Part shown: piece by piece, positions 37,193-50,585 of the stretch
Numbering within the stretch: position 1 is the first letter of the stretch
Layout: each line of letters opens with the position of its first letter
Origin: Selaginella moellendorffii
Taxonomy: Eukaryota > Plantae > Lycopodiophyta
Assembly (NCBI RefSeq): GCF_000143415.4
Contig: NW_003314261.1
Location: forward strand, 186,001 to 250,000
Reading direction: 5' to 3'
Length of the DNA stretch: 64,000 bases
Position numbers and translations under genes: made by a program
Notes under the pieces: model-generated
The model's database searches: none
The model's input: only the letters and a program-made list of their open reading frames with translations
Told to the model about the DNA's origin: nothing

Positions 37193-37677
37193 TTATGCCA
37201 GTTGGCTTAGGGTGTAAGAGATGGGATCCTAACAAGAGCTAAGGAGTCATGATTGCATACTAGTACATTTGGGTGAGCTTGATTGTAAATATCAGATCTT
37301 CTATAAATCTTGCCATCTCAAGATCATTCCACAGCAAAACCACATCATCTCTCAAAGAGCGATTGACTCCAAGTTCAAGGCCTGTTTTAGTGATCATCCT
37401 TCAAGCAAACTTCATGAACCAATCTGCAGCAGGTGCAGTCTCCATGATATACTTCTCAATAGCGGTTGATAAAAGTCCTCTCCTTCCTATGTAGGTGGAG
37501 ATAACAGCTAGCATGTCTAGTCGACTAACATCTATAAACGCTTGGATGTTGCTGTCATCAAACCCAGGTAGACTGTAAATCTCTCTCACATCAAATGGTT
37601 TCATAGTTCCAGAAAGAAGATTCTGCCGAACCGTCAACATGCTCTTTCCTGTAACTGAAACAAATAGGGGACTTCGC

Positions 37678-40215
37678 CTGTGTTACGAACACGGCCGGGA
37701 TCCCGGCCGTGTTCACCGTGTTTCACGAACACGGCCATGGGTCGTGTTCCCACGGCCGTGTTCGTGAACAGTGGTCCGTGTTACTAACACGGACCACTGT
37801 TCAGAATATTCTCGTGCGGAATATTCTGGTTTTAGGGCGCACGGCATCACACGACAATCCAGCCAGGGCGCACCATTTCAGGGCACAGCAGCAGCAATCC
37901 AAGGCAAACAAGCATGGCGCAGCAATCTAGCATACTGCGAAAGCATCCTTCTTCGCGATGGTGGGATGAGGTAAGTGTTCTTGAGAGCAGGGGGCATGGC
38001 CACAAATTATGGTCATGCAAATACTGCCCAATGGTGAACAAACTGAGTGGTGTTGATCGTGTGCAAGCTCATCTGTTAGGAGAAGGCCCAGGCAGCAAGG
38101 ATATTGTGAGTTGTCCTCTCATCCCAGGTAACAAGAAAGCGGATCTGCTCAATATGCAAAAGGTTATTGATTCCGAGAAAGGGGCAAGGGGGAAGAAACG
38201 GCCGAATGAATCTGGTGGTGCTTCTATGAGAATGGATGGCAATGTCCAAGGATTTCCACCGGTGGTATCATCCTAGTCAAGTGGAAGTGGCTGCAGTTCC
38301 CTGTTTTATAGCAAACAGAGTCAAGTCCATATTGTTGATTCGATGGATCCTGAGCGGAAGAACCGAGTTGATGTGGCTATCGGAAGATTTTTCTGGAATG
38401 AACACATTCCATTTGTCAAGGCTCGGTCACCTTACTTCCTCAACATGATACAGGAAGCTGCCAGGCATGGTGTGCCTTATGCACCACCAAAATATGATGA
38501 TCTCCGGGATAAGCTTTTGGTGAAAGAGAAACGATTCATTGACATTGAGATGGCGTCCTTGAGGAAGCAGTGGGAGCAGAGGGGTGCAACCATATGCGCA
38601 GACGGGTGGGCAGATAGGAGGAATCGGCATATCATGGGGCTTGTGGCATATAGTCAAGGACGAGGAGCTTTTTTGAAGGCTATCGACATTTCCTTAACAG
38701 GAAAAACAGCTGAAAATACTCTGCGCTGCTGGGAAGAAGGCATTAACATTGTAGGTGCAGAGAACGTTGTCATGGTTGTGACCGATGGGGAAAATGCAAA
38801 CAGAGCAGCAGCAGCACTTTTGCAACAGAGGTACCCGAAAATTCAATGGGCAGCATGTTTTGCCCATTGCTTGAATAATGCCTTGAAAGACTTCGGTGTA
38901 CTTCCATGGATGGCAACACTTCTGGAGTGTGGAAAGTCTTTGGTGATCTTTGTTAGAAACCACTCTCATATAGTGGCACTGCTGGCGGAGTTTACTCACA
39001 AGCGATTGCTGCATTATTGTGATACCAAGTTCGGCTACAACTTCATTATGATGGAGAGGCTGGTGGAGCTCCGAGAAGCTTTACAACAGATGTTCATATG
39101 CCCTGCGTACAGAGCAAGGCCTGAGTCGAAGTCGAGAGCAGGAAGGGACAGTTATGCAACGGTTTTTGATGACAGTTTCTGGCAACAGGTTAAGGACATG
39201 CTAGAGGTGTCCAAGGATGTTATGCTGCTTATTCGTGTTGTGGACGGTGATATACCTGCGATTGGAAAGATATATGGGTGCATGAACAGGTTGGATGCAA
39301 GTTTAGAGGAAGGACAGTCGGATTATGGCAGGTACAGGGAACTTCATCAGATCATGTCTAATAGGTGGCATGAGTATCACTCGCTCATGCACTCAGTAGC
39401 GTACATGTTGGACCCCGAGTTTCAGGAGTATGAAAAGCATGCTAACAGAGAGGTCATGAAGGACTGGAATGCTTATCTGCTGGCCATGTTTACATCCAGT
39501 GAGAGGGATGTGATATGTGATGAGCTTTTAACTTACCGGAGGATAGGAGGCATTTTCAACTCATATGATGCTAAGGCTGATCACACTAAGAGGGGAGCTG
39601 TACGTTGGTGGGAGGACTATGGTTATGAAACTCCAGCTCTTCAGAAGTTGGCCATTCGAGTTCTAAGTCAGGCATGCTCGTCGTCCTCGGTGGAGAGATT
39701 GTTCAATACTTTCGAGCATGTTTCTTCAAAAAAGAGGAACAGACTTACCATGGACAGGACAGCGGATCTGGTTTTTGTGGCTTGCAACACCAGGTTGTTA
39801 ACCTGCAAAAATGATTGTGATTACGACAAGTTTGTAAGCTACAAAGTCCTGGAGACAGTTCCTCATCCTGAAGACGAGCTTAAGTCAGGACAGGAAGAGG
39901 AAGATGGAGATGATGTCGAAGATCGTGAGGTCGAAGATCATGAGGTTGAAGATGACGATGAGATGTAGGATATTTGAGTAGTTTAAAAGTGTGAAGTAGT
40001 TTATGTGCAAATAAAAATATTAAGAATAATATAATAAAATATAGCATATTCCTATAATAATATAATAAGAAATAGAATATAATTTTTAAATAACATATTC
40101 TTAGAATATTCAGTAGAATATTCGTGAGCCATCGTGGGCCGTGATCATGTTCCGTGTTCGGGTTCCTGAAATCTAAGGCTCGTGTTCGTGTTCCGTGTTC
40201 GTGTTCGTAACTATG
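37678..40215 (+). mobile_element. hAT-superfamily DNA transposon, complete, 8-bp TSD GACTTCGC
   Basis: GACTTCGC at 37670-37677 and 40216-40223. TIRs CTGTGTTACGAACACG / CATAGTTACGAACACG; subterminal AACACGG/CCGTGTT repeats at both ends. Confidence 0.95.
37914..39968 (+). pseudogene. hAT transposase (BED finger + DUF659 + hAT dimerisation) with one in-frame TAG at 38274-38276
   Basis: ORFs 37914-38276 and 38343-39968 are in the same frame. Motifs WSCKYC..H..C, CADGW, VTDG, CFAH, WW..YG..P.LQKLAIRVLSQ..SSSSVER. Confidence 0.9.
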
Positions 40216-41039
40216 GACTTCGCAGCACACCATATGACTTAAGTGCAAGGATGATGAGATTCAACAAAGACTGCCCTTTCTGAGGAGTTCGGCTGCCCTG
40301 TAATAATACCTGAGCGTCATCTAGCACAACTGTGCCATCCCCCCAACCCACCCTGTTTACTAGCTTTTCTATGGTGAAGTTCCTAACCAAAGATGGACTT
40401 CACCAAAGCAAGCAACTCCTCAACCAGATCCAGAAACACGTCATCAACTGCCGGATACTCCATCTGAACAAACACCCAGTCTCGTGGAACAAGCCCTGGC
40501 TTACACTCTTTCAATAATTTAAGCCCAGTGAGCCGTGCAAGGATTATTCAACATGTTTTCTTTATGGAGAAAGCAATGGGAGATCCCAGCCTATGTTCTT
40601 TAGTCCATGGGAAGAGGATGATGATGATCCTCTTCCTTGACTTGGCTGTGCCTATGCTCCACCTATAGCAGTTGCTGTGACACGAGCTTCTGAGCCTGAA
40701 AAAGGTGGTATCCTGGATTCCTGATAATTTTGTTCCTGCGACTGATCCTGACCAAGTTCCAAAGTCTGATCATGGCCAGGTTCCTAAGTGCAACATTTTT
40801 GAGCCTGAGCATATGGTTCCGAACCTATGCGTACTCATGATCAAGATATTGTCTAAGTTTTGAGCCGCTCTGGATGCCCTTTGACATATACAAAAGTATT
40901 AGCGAGAGCAAGCTGAGAGGTGAACAAGAGCAGCTGCTGTAGCCTCTTATCATCTTAGCTAGAAGACCATGTTTACAGCCATGAAAGTGTAGGTTTTTGT
41001 TAAGCTTGTACAAGCTAAGAACTTTCCTTATGCTACTGC

Positions 41040-42340
41040 ATAGGATCAAGCTGTAGCTGATGAGATGCAAGCTCATAAGAAAAATGAGACTTGGTACATT
41101 CCTGAATTTGTTCTTGACAATGCTATTATCATTTTTGACAAAGCTTCTTTTTTACATGAAAGCTGGACTGTCAGGAAAAGTTGAACGCTCCAAAGCCAGG
41201 CTTGTGGTGAGAGGCTTCACTCAGATTGAAGGCATTGACTGTACAGAAACCTTCAGCCTAGTCATAAAGATGGCCTTTATCAGACTGTTACTTGCTTTGG
41301 CAGCATAGCATGATCTTTATGTGGATGTGAAGATGGCTTTTTTACATGGAGAAATTCCTGAAGAGGTTTACATCTAGCTCCTGACAAGCCTAGATTCAAG
41401 CAAGAAGATTTACAGGCTGAAGAGGGCTCTCTATGACCTGAAGCAAAGTCCACGCATCTGGTACAAGAAAATCAATTCTTTTCTGATTTCTCTTGGATTC
41501 AAGGAAAACCATGCTGACTCATTTGTCTATATGAAGTTGGAGGATGGTGCCTTGGTCATTTTTGTGGATGATGGGATCTTTGTTTCCAACAACAAAGCAC
41601 TCCTGAAATCAAGCAAAAGTTAGCCAAACTCGAGATGCAAGATTTTGGCTCTGCGAATACCTTCCTTGGGATTCAATTCAGCAACCATGATCAAGAGTTA
41701 TGACACTCTCAGGCTAAGCTTATGTGGAGGAAGTATTGTGCAGGTTTGGGATTGAGAACCCCAATCCTTTTGTTACTCCAATGCAAGCAAGTACTCCTTT
41801 GTTAGTTGAGATGTCTCCTTCCAGCAAGGATAAGAAACAACAAATGGAGCTTGTGCCATATAAGTCATTGGATGCTTGATCTATTGGCCATTTGCACCTG
41901 CCCAAACATTGCTTATTTGTGGGAGCCAAGTATATGGCAAATCCAGGATGGCCACATTGGCATGCTGTAAAATGGATCTTAGAGTCATTGCTAATTTTGG
42001 CCTTTGTTTCTGGTGAAGCTTTTATTTTGTGAAGCTTTATATAGCACTCATCAAGCCAGTATTCGAGGAGAAACAACATTTTTTGTATCCAATGTGCTAA
42101 AGCTCAAGTAAATCCGCTGCAAGATAAACAAGAAATAGCTCTTCAAATTCCGCAGCTAAAAAAAAAAGAGAGAAATGACACCATAGAAAGCACGGTCACA
42201 CCAGATTCACCATTTGTTAGGGGAATAATAGGAGGCGAGCTGACACTCAAATACGTGGCAATCAAGAATCAGATTGCTGATTTATTCATGAAGGCTCTAG
42301 CACCTATTGTTTTCTGCAAACATCGAGAAACACTGAACAT
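41040..42340 (+). pseudogene. Degenerate Ty1/copia reverse transcriptase-RNase H
   Basis: [59 protein letters not shown] with many stops and frameshifts. Confidence 0.85.
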
Positions 42341-42487
42341 CAAAAGGTATTTGAATTGACCTGTGGATCAACGAGTACACTGCCTTGACATCCCGGGTGA
42401 GAGCAACAATGAGTACCTAGGATACAGAGTGCACCAAAAAGAAAGAAATGCCACTTTTTCCAATCCAGAAAGCACAAAAAAAACTCT

Positions 42488-44233
42488 TTACACCATGTCG
42501 TCTTGGAGACGTCCTGAGGATGCAAACAAATTTGCGAGCAGTATGTAGGTAGCGGAGTCTCCCGGGTTGAGCTCCAGAGCGTGCTCTGCCACTCGAGCTG
42601 CTCGTTCGGCGTCCTGCTGGAGCTTGCAGTTCCCCAGCAATGCACTCCACGCCGTGGCCTTTTCAAGAGGTGGCACTGGCATGCTATGGACAAACTCCTC
42701 GGCTCGATCTAGCTGCCCGCTCCTCCCTAGCATGTCTGCGATGCAGTTGAAGTGATCTTTGCTTAGAGCAACGTCAAAATCACTCGCCATGGACACAAGT
42801 AATGCGTGGCAAGTGTCGTGCAACATCCCGACGTAGCTGCACGCCACCATGACACTCTTAAACGATGCCTCGTCAGGCATCACGCCGCAGAGAAGCATCT
42901 CGTGGTAAAGCTCCAAGGCCTCGAAGCCGTGCCCACTCTGGGCATAAGCTTGGATCATTGCATTCCATGAAACGACATTCCTTTTTGAAAGAGATTCAAA
43001 CATCTCACGTGCTATTTCCATGCATCCTTGACCTGCGTAAGTGGCCAACATGGTCGTCCAGCCAAATGCCTCATGCAGGGGCATAGAGGTGAATACCACG
43101 GCAGCACCATGCAAATGACCATTCAGAACATTTGCTGCTATCAGTGCGTTCCAGGCAACGACGTCGCGGCATGGCATCGAGTTAAAAGTTTCCACGGCGC
43201 GGTCGAGATAGCCTCCCTGACCATGCACATCGATCATGGAGGTCCACGTTACAATGCTACGCTCCGGCATGCAAAGAAAGAGCTCCGTAGCGTGATCCAG
43301 GTGCCCGTTTTGATACATCGCTCGAAACAAAGTGTTCCAGGAGATGACGTCCCAGGCGGGCATCTTGTGGAAGGCCAAGTGTGCCAAAGTTAGCAGTCCA
43401 AGATTGCCATGGAGTAGAATCATAGAGTTCCAAGCACCAATGTTGCGCTCGGGCATCTTGTCAAAGCAACACTTTGCCTGCATTTGATGCCCATACTGGG
43501 CAAAAGCTGCCAGCATAGCGTTCCATGACATGAGATTGTGCTCGGGCATTGTTCGAAAAATCCGAGCTGCCTCCAATACCCTGCCTTGCTGCGCGTAAGC
43601 ATAGAAAAGAATGTTCCACGTAGCAATGCCCCAGAGAGGCATCTTGTCAAACATGTACTTCGCGTCGTCCGGATGCCCATTCTGGGCAGTCGCTTGGATG
43701 ATGGCATTCCAGGACACCTCGTTGCGAGTTGGCATCGAATGGAAGTAGAATAGAGCGGCATCAATTTCACCAAGTTGGGCACAGCCGGTAACGAGAGAGC
43801 TCAAACAGACAACGCTCCAAGAGGGAGTTCGCTCCATGAGGAGCCGAGCCTCTTGCATTTGCCCGTTGCTGGCATATACGGTGGTAATATTGTTCCAGGA
43901 CACAGCGTCTCTGAGCGGCATGGCGTGGAACACTTTCCATGCCGACTGGATCTGGCCGTTGCAAATGTGTGCGTGGAGGAGGATGTTCCAGGAGAAGAGA
44001 TTTGGCCGCGGCAGTGCGGCAAATACGGCAGCGGCGTCGCCCAGGCAGCCGCATTCCGCGTAAGCGTGGACGAGGAGATTGAGCAGAAAGGCGCTGCGGC
44101 TGTGGCGATCGCTGGCGGCTATTGTGCGATGAACGATCCTGGTACGAGCAACATCCTTGTGGGCAGCACACGACTGGAGAAGATTTGCGAGCTCGTCCTT
44201 CTCGCCATTGAGACGCCTCTGCCGCCATCTCAT
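42488..44233 (-). CDS. PLS-class pentatricopeptide repeat protein with E domain (PPR-A), 581 aa
   Basis: Intronless ORF with repeated ..F..MP.R.VVSWN.. motifs; C-terminal AWSALLGNCK...LELNPGDSATYILLAN E motif; no DYW. Confidence 0.92.
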   Translation of the reverse strand: MRWRQRRLNGEKDELANLLQSCAAHKDVARTRIVHRTIAASDRHSRSAFLLNLLVHAYAECGCLGDAAAVFAALPRPNLFSWNILLHAHICNGQIQSAWKVFHAMPLRDAVSWNNITTVYASNGQMQEARLLMERTPSWSVVCLSSLVTGCAQLGEIDAALFYFHSMPTRNEVSWNAIIQATAQNGHPDDAKYMFDKMPLWGIATWNILFYAYAQQGRVLEAARIFRTMPEHNLMSWNAMLAAFAQYGHQMQAKCCFDKMPERNIGAWNSMILLHGNLGLLTLAHLAFHKMPAWDVISWNTLFRAMYQNGHLDHATELFLCMPERSIVTWTSMIDVHGQGGYLDRAVETFNSMPCRDVVAWNALIAANVLNGHLHGAAVVFTSMPLHEAFGWTTMLATYAGQGCMEIAREMFESLSKRNVVSWNAMIQAYAQSGHGFEALELYHEMLLCGVMPDEASFKSVMVACSYVGMLHDTCHALLVSMASDFDVALSKDHFNCIADMLGRSGQLDRAEEFVHSMPVPPLEKATAWSALLGNCKLQQDAERAARVAEHALELNPGDSATYILLANLFASSGRLQDDMV

Positions 44234-44786
44234 ACATATAATGCCTTTCTACAGCTACAAATGAGAAAATTCCACTGCCAGTAAGTGCTCCTCGTCTTTC
44301 ACGCCCAGCCTTGAGTTTGTCATCACAGCCACAAGCCCACGCAAGCTTTGTCTCCCTCATTCTTTAGAACACGATCAAGCGACCTATTTAATTTCTTTTC
44401 TTTCTCTCCCTGTGGTAGAGCATATTGAGTTGGTGCTTGTAGATAGGCACCACAAAATTTAAAACAAGTGATACATCCGACACGCGTCTAATTTGTGCCG
44501 GTTGGAAATACACCACAGGCGTGTTTCATGCCTTGATTAGTTTATCTATAATTAATTTCTTGACTTAAGAAATGATAATCCTGCCAGCCTCGTGTTTGTT
44601 GTGCTGGGCTGAGTAGAGGCTACACGCAATGGTGACGGGTCCAGCACTACAGAGAATTTCCAAGGGTCTGTGGACATGTTAGGTAAATAGAAACAAACAC
44701 AGCTCTTGTAAGTTGTAGATATATTAGAGAAAGCACGTTTGCATTTCACAAGAGAATGGAAGCTAATAGCGTAAGACAAATTTTCG

Positions 44787-45480
44787 AGCAAGGAAACCTC
44801 GATTGATCGAGTGTATGCTCAAGCACGGCCACAGCCGATGGAGTGACCATGTTGGTATATAAACATCATATGACTCTTCATGTAATGGATCTCCTACAGG
44901 TCTTAAGCGATGCGGGGAGAGCTGCAGACTGCGATGGATCAACTATCTGAGGCCAGCGTTCAACTACAGCGATCCCTCTTCCCAGGAGGAGTAGCTTACA
45001 TGGGAAACAGGTGGAGTTTCTCCCATAACTCCACCTGTGAGTAGCAGATGGTCCCACATTGCTGCGAAGCTCCCTGATCGCACATACAACCAGGTCAAAA
45101 AGTTTTTAGAACTCGAGCATTAGAAAGAAATTCAGCTTTGACACCAACCTCTCAAACCTAGCAGTCTAGACACATAAGATAACATTTGAGCGACTGCTGC
45201 TACTGCCAGATCCACTGAAATGGCTTCTTACAAATAGCAGCAACGGCAGCAGAAACTGTCCAGTTTCGCAGAGCAAGCAGCACGAGGATCAAGAATCCAG
45301 AAATCATCAATTAACGTCTGGGTTTCGAGGCTACGAACACTTTCGATCTCGCACACAGTTTCAGGGAGACCAGCAGTGGGATGCTCCAGATCGCAACGAG
45401 TCGTGCAGCACGGGCCGGCACATCGTTCCTGGAGGGAAGACGACTTGCTTTGGGCAGGATTTGGCTCGACTTGAAGGCAG
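44787..45480 (+). pseudogene. R2R3-MYB pseudogene (deleted paralog of the two intact MYBs)
   Basis: Collinear fragments (CTCAAGCACGGCCACAGCCGATGGAGTGAC; CTTAAGCGATGCGGGGAGAGCTGCAGACTGCGATGG) with deletions and stops. Confidence 0.85.
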
Positions 45481-45607
45481 TAAAACCGTTCTCACCATGT
45501 ATAAACACCGTGTGACAAGAATCGCATTTTCTAAGCTCGCATGCGCATCACGTTGCTGACGAATGATCCTTTTGACTGCTAGAACTGCACAACAAGAAAT
45601 TCACCGC

Positions 45608-46330
45608 TAGTGGAGCTGGTTGCAGAAGCGCCAGGCAGATTGAGCACAAGCACGACAATCGCCATGCCCGCCAGAGACGTGGTGTTGATGGTGTATGCAC
45701 AAGAAAACATCATCTCGCCGAAGAGATATTTCTCGCCATGCCCTGTCATGACATTGTCTCTGCTTGCAGCATATGCGTAACGTGAGCATCATAGACGCAT
45801 GTTGATTCTTCCACTGGACAATGTTTGATTCCACTACAACTCTATCACGCAGAGGCTGAGGAACTGGAGAACGTGACTAAGAGTGTTTTATCGCTTGCCG
45901 TCCGGAGCACTGCGTGTTTTCAAAAACGATGCCCAAGCCGGATGTGTGTGAAGCGCGAACGATCTTCAACTCGACGACAAAAATGTCGTGTCTTGGACCG
46001 CCGCCTACACGCGGGGCGGTTGTCCCAGCAGGGCGAGGCCAAGAGGCTGTTGCATGCCGAGCGGCAGGAACATCGTGTCGTGGGGCGCGGCGCTGGCGGC
46101 CCACTGTCACGGGCACAAAATGCCCAAGTCGAGGGCGATCCTCCTCACCACGCAGTCCGACGCGGGACTGCAGGAGGAGGCGACTCAGCATCCGCGACTT
46201 GGTGCTATGGAACTCCAGACGACAAACGAGATGACACAGTGGGTGGGACACGACGGCCCGAGGCTTCGCTCTGGCATCCACTGAAACATGGCCTCCAGCA
46301 ACTTGGCAGGTGCGTGCTTGTAGCTGGAGG
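45608..46330 (+). pseudogene. Shredded remnant of PPR-B, partly inverted
   Basis: Short blocks match 52516-53780; 46248-46297 is inverted. Confidence 0.8.
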
Positions 46331-46659
46331 AGGAGTTCTTCTTTCTCGTTGTCAAGAAAGTTGAACGGTCAGCTCTTGTTCTCAAACCAAGCTGAAGCCA
46401 GTCTCTCGCAAAATCCGCAGTTAAATGCTGCCATTTGCCACAACATAGAAATGAAAAACCCATCCCAATTACTCTTTTCTCGCCTGTGTTCTCCACTCCA
46501 CTCGAGTCCAACGGACTTCCTGGACAAGGCGTCCTAGGCAGTGTGAACTTCGGCCACTATTTCGTTGTTCCTGGCATCACAATCCAGTTGTGACGCTGAT
46601 CTCTTGTGATCCCTCTCCACTTACATCAAGGCGATATATGTTAACAGATGGGTCTTTCC

Positions 46660-47392
46660 CCCCTGGTGTGTTTACCTCTATGCCCTTGCATGAGGCTTTT
46701 GGCTGGCCGACGATGTTGGAATCCATAGACAATTTCCAGGCACCCTGGAATTCCAGGCATGTCACGGCATGGCATCAACCATGGCGCTGTGAGATATATA
46801 GCCTCGCTGACCATGCACGTTGATCCACTATGGAAAGAAAGAGCATGCCCCATCTCTAAACAAGATAGGGGCCAAATTTAACAATCCGTGAGTAGAATGA
46901 GTTCCACGCCATGCCGTTCAGCAGGCACTTGCAAGAGGCTCGGTTACTCATGGAGCGAACTCCCTGTTGGAGAGTTGTCTCCGGCTGCTCTAGTTGCGCT
47001 CGGGCATCTTGTCAAAGCAACACTTCGCCTCCGATTGATGCCCATACTAGGAATAAGCTGCCGGCATAGCGTTCCACGACATGAGGTTGTGCTCGGGCAT
47101 TGTACGAGAGTCGAACTGCTTCCAATACCATGCCTTGATGCGCGTAAGCATAGAAAAGAATGTTCCACGTTCAATGCTCCGGGCACCTTGCCAAACACGT
47201 ACTTCGCATTCTCTGGATGCCCATTCTGGGCAGTCGCTTGCATTCCAGGACACCTCGTTGTGAGTTCGCAGTAGAATACAGCAGCATCAAGGTCACCATG
47301 CCGATCTATTGCAAATGAGCAACATCTTTCTCGGCGCCAGACGACTGGAGAAGATTTGCGCGGGATTGAGACGCCTCTGCCGCCATCTCATA
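46660..47392 (-). pseudogene. Shredded remnant of PPR-A
   Basis: Blocks match 43060-44235, including the start region TTGAGACGCCTCTGCCGCCATCTCATAC. Confidence 0.8.
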
Positions 47393-47843
47393 CACAAAAG
47401 GCCTTGCATCTACACGAAGTTATCATCACACATTGACAGAAGTGTGTCCACCCTGCCCCCGGGATGGCTGGATCTCCGAAAAACAAGGAATGGGTCGCGT
47501 CGAAACCGAAGAGGAATCCAGCCAAGTAGTGGCCCAACGAGCATGAGGCACACGGTAGAACGAGTTTGCCATAGCAGCGACAAGTGTGTCTCTCATTCTC
47601 TAGGACAATGTACAACAGGCACGATCAAAGCTGCCCTCGCTACCTGTTTTATTTGCGAGCATTTGTCAAGTTTTGGATACTTCTAATTGTGACGGTTGGT
47701 AGCTAGCTAGGAAAGAATCAGCGTGTTTCATGCTTTTGTCTCTATAATTATGGCTTGGCTTAACTAATGATAGTCGCAGCCAACCTCGAGTTTGTTGTGT
47801 TAGACGGGTGGCACAAAACACAATTCTTTTAGAAGGCAGGCGA

Positions 47844-48716
47844 ATGGAAGTTAATAGCAGCGGTAAGAAAAATCCACGAGCAAGGAAACCTCTGATGCTA
47901 CGGCGTGGGCTGTGGTCGCCGGATGAAGACGAGCGATTGATCGAGTGCGTGCTCAAGCACGGCCACAGCCGATGGAGTGACGTTCCAAAGCATGCCGGTA
48001 TATACACATCATGACTCTGACATGAGAAGTGCTTTCATAGAGACAAATGATCTGTGGTGATGGTCGTGAGCACAGGTCTCAAGCGATGCGGGAAGAGCTG
48101 CAGGCTGCGATGGCTCAACTATCTGAGACCGGAGCTCAACCACAGCGATTTCTCGCCCCAGGAGGAGAAGTTCATTGCGGAAATGCATGCAATTGTGGGA
48201 AACAGGTGGGGTTTCTCTTCCAATGTTTCTACGAACCCGTGAAACTTTTGCCTTACAACTAGCAGATGGTCCCAGATTGCTGCAAAGCTCCCCGGTCGCA
48301 CAGATAACCAGATCAAGAACTACTGGAACTCGAACATCAGAAAGAAGTTCAAGGCGCTTGGGATTGATCCCGTGACAGTCTCTCAGACCCAGCAGTCTAT
48401 AGACACAACTTCCTCAGGCTCTACAAGTGAATTCGAAGCTCCAAGTGCCGCTACTGCCAGATCCACTGAAGTCGCCTCTTGGGCATTCACAAACAGCAGC
48501 TGCAGCAGCAGCAGAAATTTTCCAGCTTCGCAGAGCCAGCAGCACGAGGATCAAGAACCCAGAAGTCATGGTCTGGAGGCCACGAACATCCTCGACCCTT
48601 TCGATTTCGCATATATTTTCGAGGATTCCAGCAGCGGGATGCTCCAGAGCAGCGAGTCGTGCAGATCTTTCCTGGAGGAAGACTACTTATTCTGGGCAGG
48701 ATTCTGCTCAACTTGA
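47844..48716 (+). CDS. R2R3-MYB transcription factor, 3 exons (47844-47997, 48076-48205, 48266-48716), ~244 aa
   Basis: [13 protein letters not shown]..., [45 protein letters not shown] motif. GT-AG introns and the canonical 130-bp exon 2. Confidence 0.92.
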
Positions 48717-48835
48717 AGGCAGGAAAAACCATTATCTCCATGCACAAACTCCTTTTTCTAAGCTCGCATGTCTACAAGTTCACTGCTAGAACTGCAAAAC
48801 AATTGAAAGATTTATCGCCATATACACCGGTCATC

Positions 48836-49460
48836 ATGTCATGCGAGTGGAGCTGGTTGCAGGAGCTTGCTCTGCGCCAGCAGCTTGCGAACAGGACGGC
48901 AATCTCATCGCCGCCAACACCCTGATCGCTAATCATCTCGTCCAGATGGTCCAGATCTATGTATGCCAGCAGCAGCCTGACTCTACAATGCCACGCAGAC
49001 GCTGATTCATGAACTCCATAATCAGCAGCCCGTGTCTTCGTGGGCGATCCTCCTCATCACTCATTCGACGAGAAGGCGACTCGCCATCCCCAGCATCCGC
49101 GACTCCACGAACGGGCAGTAATGGTCGCGAGTAGCTGAGTCGCCAGAGAGAAGATCATCCCCGGGCACAGGCGCGCGCGCGCTCCGAGGACGACAAACGG
49201 ATGGCACGATCCGAAGCTTCGCTCCAGCATCTTCTACAAGCCCACTAGCTCCCAGCGCAGCGATCATGGGATACACAATGAGACAATCGACCGACCGTCA
49301 TCTCGGGGAATGCCTCGGAGGAGAATGCCATCGTTTGAGCATATGCCGTAAACGGGCATGTGGGCCTCGGTGAAGATGTTTCCTATGTGGAGATCTAGCG
49401 AAAATCACCACCCGGTTCTTGTACCAAGTCGTGGATGTAGAGCCGCCTCGAAGCCCAGCA
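48836..49460. pseudogene. Second shredded PPR-B remnant (5' part +, central part inverted) plus 3'-flank fragments
   Basis: 48836-48950 matches 52511-52650; 49204-49270 is the reverse complement of ~53686-53775; 49411-49455 matches 55042 and 55195. Confidence 0.75.
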
Positions 49461-49659
49461 GGTGGGCGGCGGCAGGCATACCATGGTTGATATGGGTTGT
49501 TCACTTTGATTGATAGGGAATTCTAATGCACCCAGCAAGTTCAGGAACATTTCTCTTCTTTCTCGTTGTTCCAGCTCTCTCTCCCCGCAACATATAGATT
49601 ACAAACAACCAAGAGCGCAAGATTATCGAACGAGTTTTTGGCAGACTCCACCATGGCAT

Positions 49660-50585
49660 GCAGCAGCCCGACGTAGCTCCACGCCGGCCTCGAAGCTGTG
49701 CCCGTTTTGGGTATAAGCTTGGATCATAGCATTCGATGAAACAACGTTCCACTTCGGAAAATCTCACGTGCTTTTTCCATGGATCCAAAGCCTCATGTAG
49801 GGGTGTAGAGGTGTTTGCAGGCTCCCGGAGGATGGTGGAGGTGAAGTCGTCGGCGGTCACGGTGCTTACCACAGTGGCACTATGTACATGACCATTTAGA
49901 ACATTCGCTGCTATCATGTCCCTCAAGGCTCTGATACCATGAAAAGATATGCAGAAGCAATGATGGATGTTTTAACTCGAATGGCCAAATATACATATGT
50001 AACTTCACGCACCGAGTTAAAAGTTTCCATGGCACGGTCGAGACCTCACCATGCACTATCATGGAGGTCCAAGTTACCGTGCTACACTCCAGCATGAAAA
50101 GAAAGAGTGATCCAGGTGCCCGTTTTGGTAGCTCGAAACAAACTGTTCCAGGAGATAACGTCCTAGGCGGGTTACGCTCTTCAAAACAACACTTCGCCGA
50201 TTGATGCCCATTTGGGGCATAAGATGCTAGCTTAGAGTTCCACGACATTGGGCAACCTCCGTTATTCTGCATTGCTCCGCGTAAGCATAAAAAAAATGTT
50301 GCAATGCTCCAAAGAGGCATCTTGTCACACACGTACGTCGCATCGTCTAGATGTTGTTCCAGGACACAGCGTCTCTGTCCAGGATAAGAGATTCAGCGGC
50401 GTCGCCCAAGCAGCCGATCCTGTGTGAGCAACATCTTTGTGGGCACCACACGACTTGCGAGCTCGTCCTTCCCGGGACTTCAAATGAGGAGGATTTGGAG
50501 GCCCCCACTGCCAAGATTCGAGGCTGGCTTGGCCGCAATCCCTCCAGTGAGTGCTCCTCGTCTCTCACGGCCAGCCTTGAGCGTT
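49660..50585 (-). pseudogene. Second shredded PPR-A remnant
   Basis: Blocks match 42880-44320 in order with many deletions. Confidence 0.8.

Noticed and set aside
37269-37640. Short ORFs left of the hAT element as a host gene
   Set aside because: No recognisable motif or splice structure.
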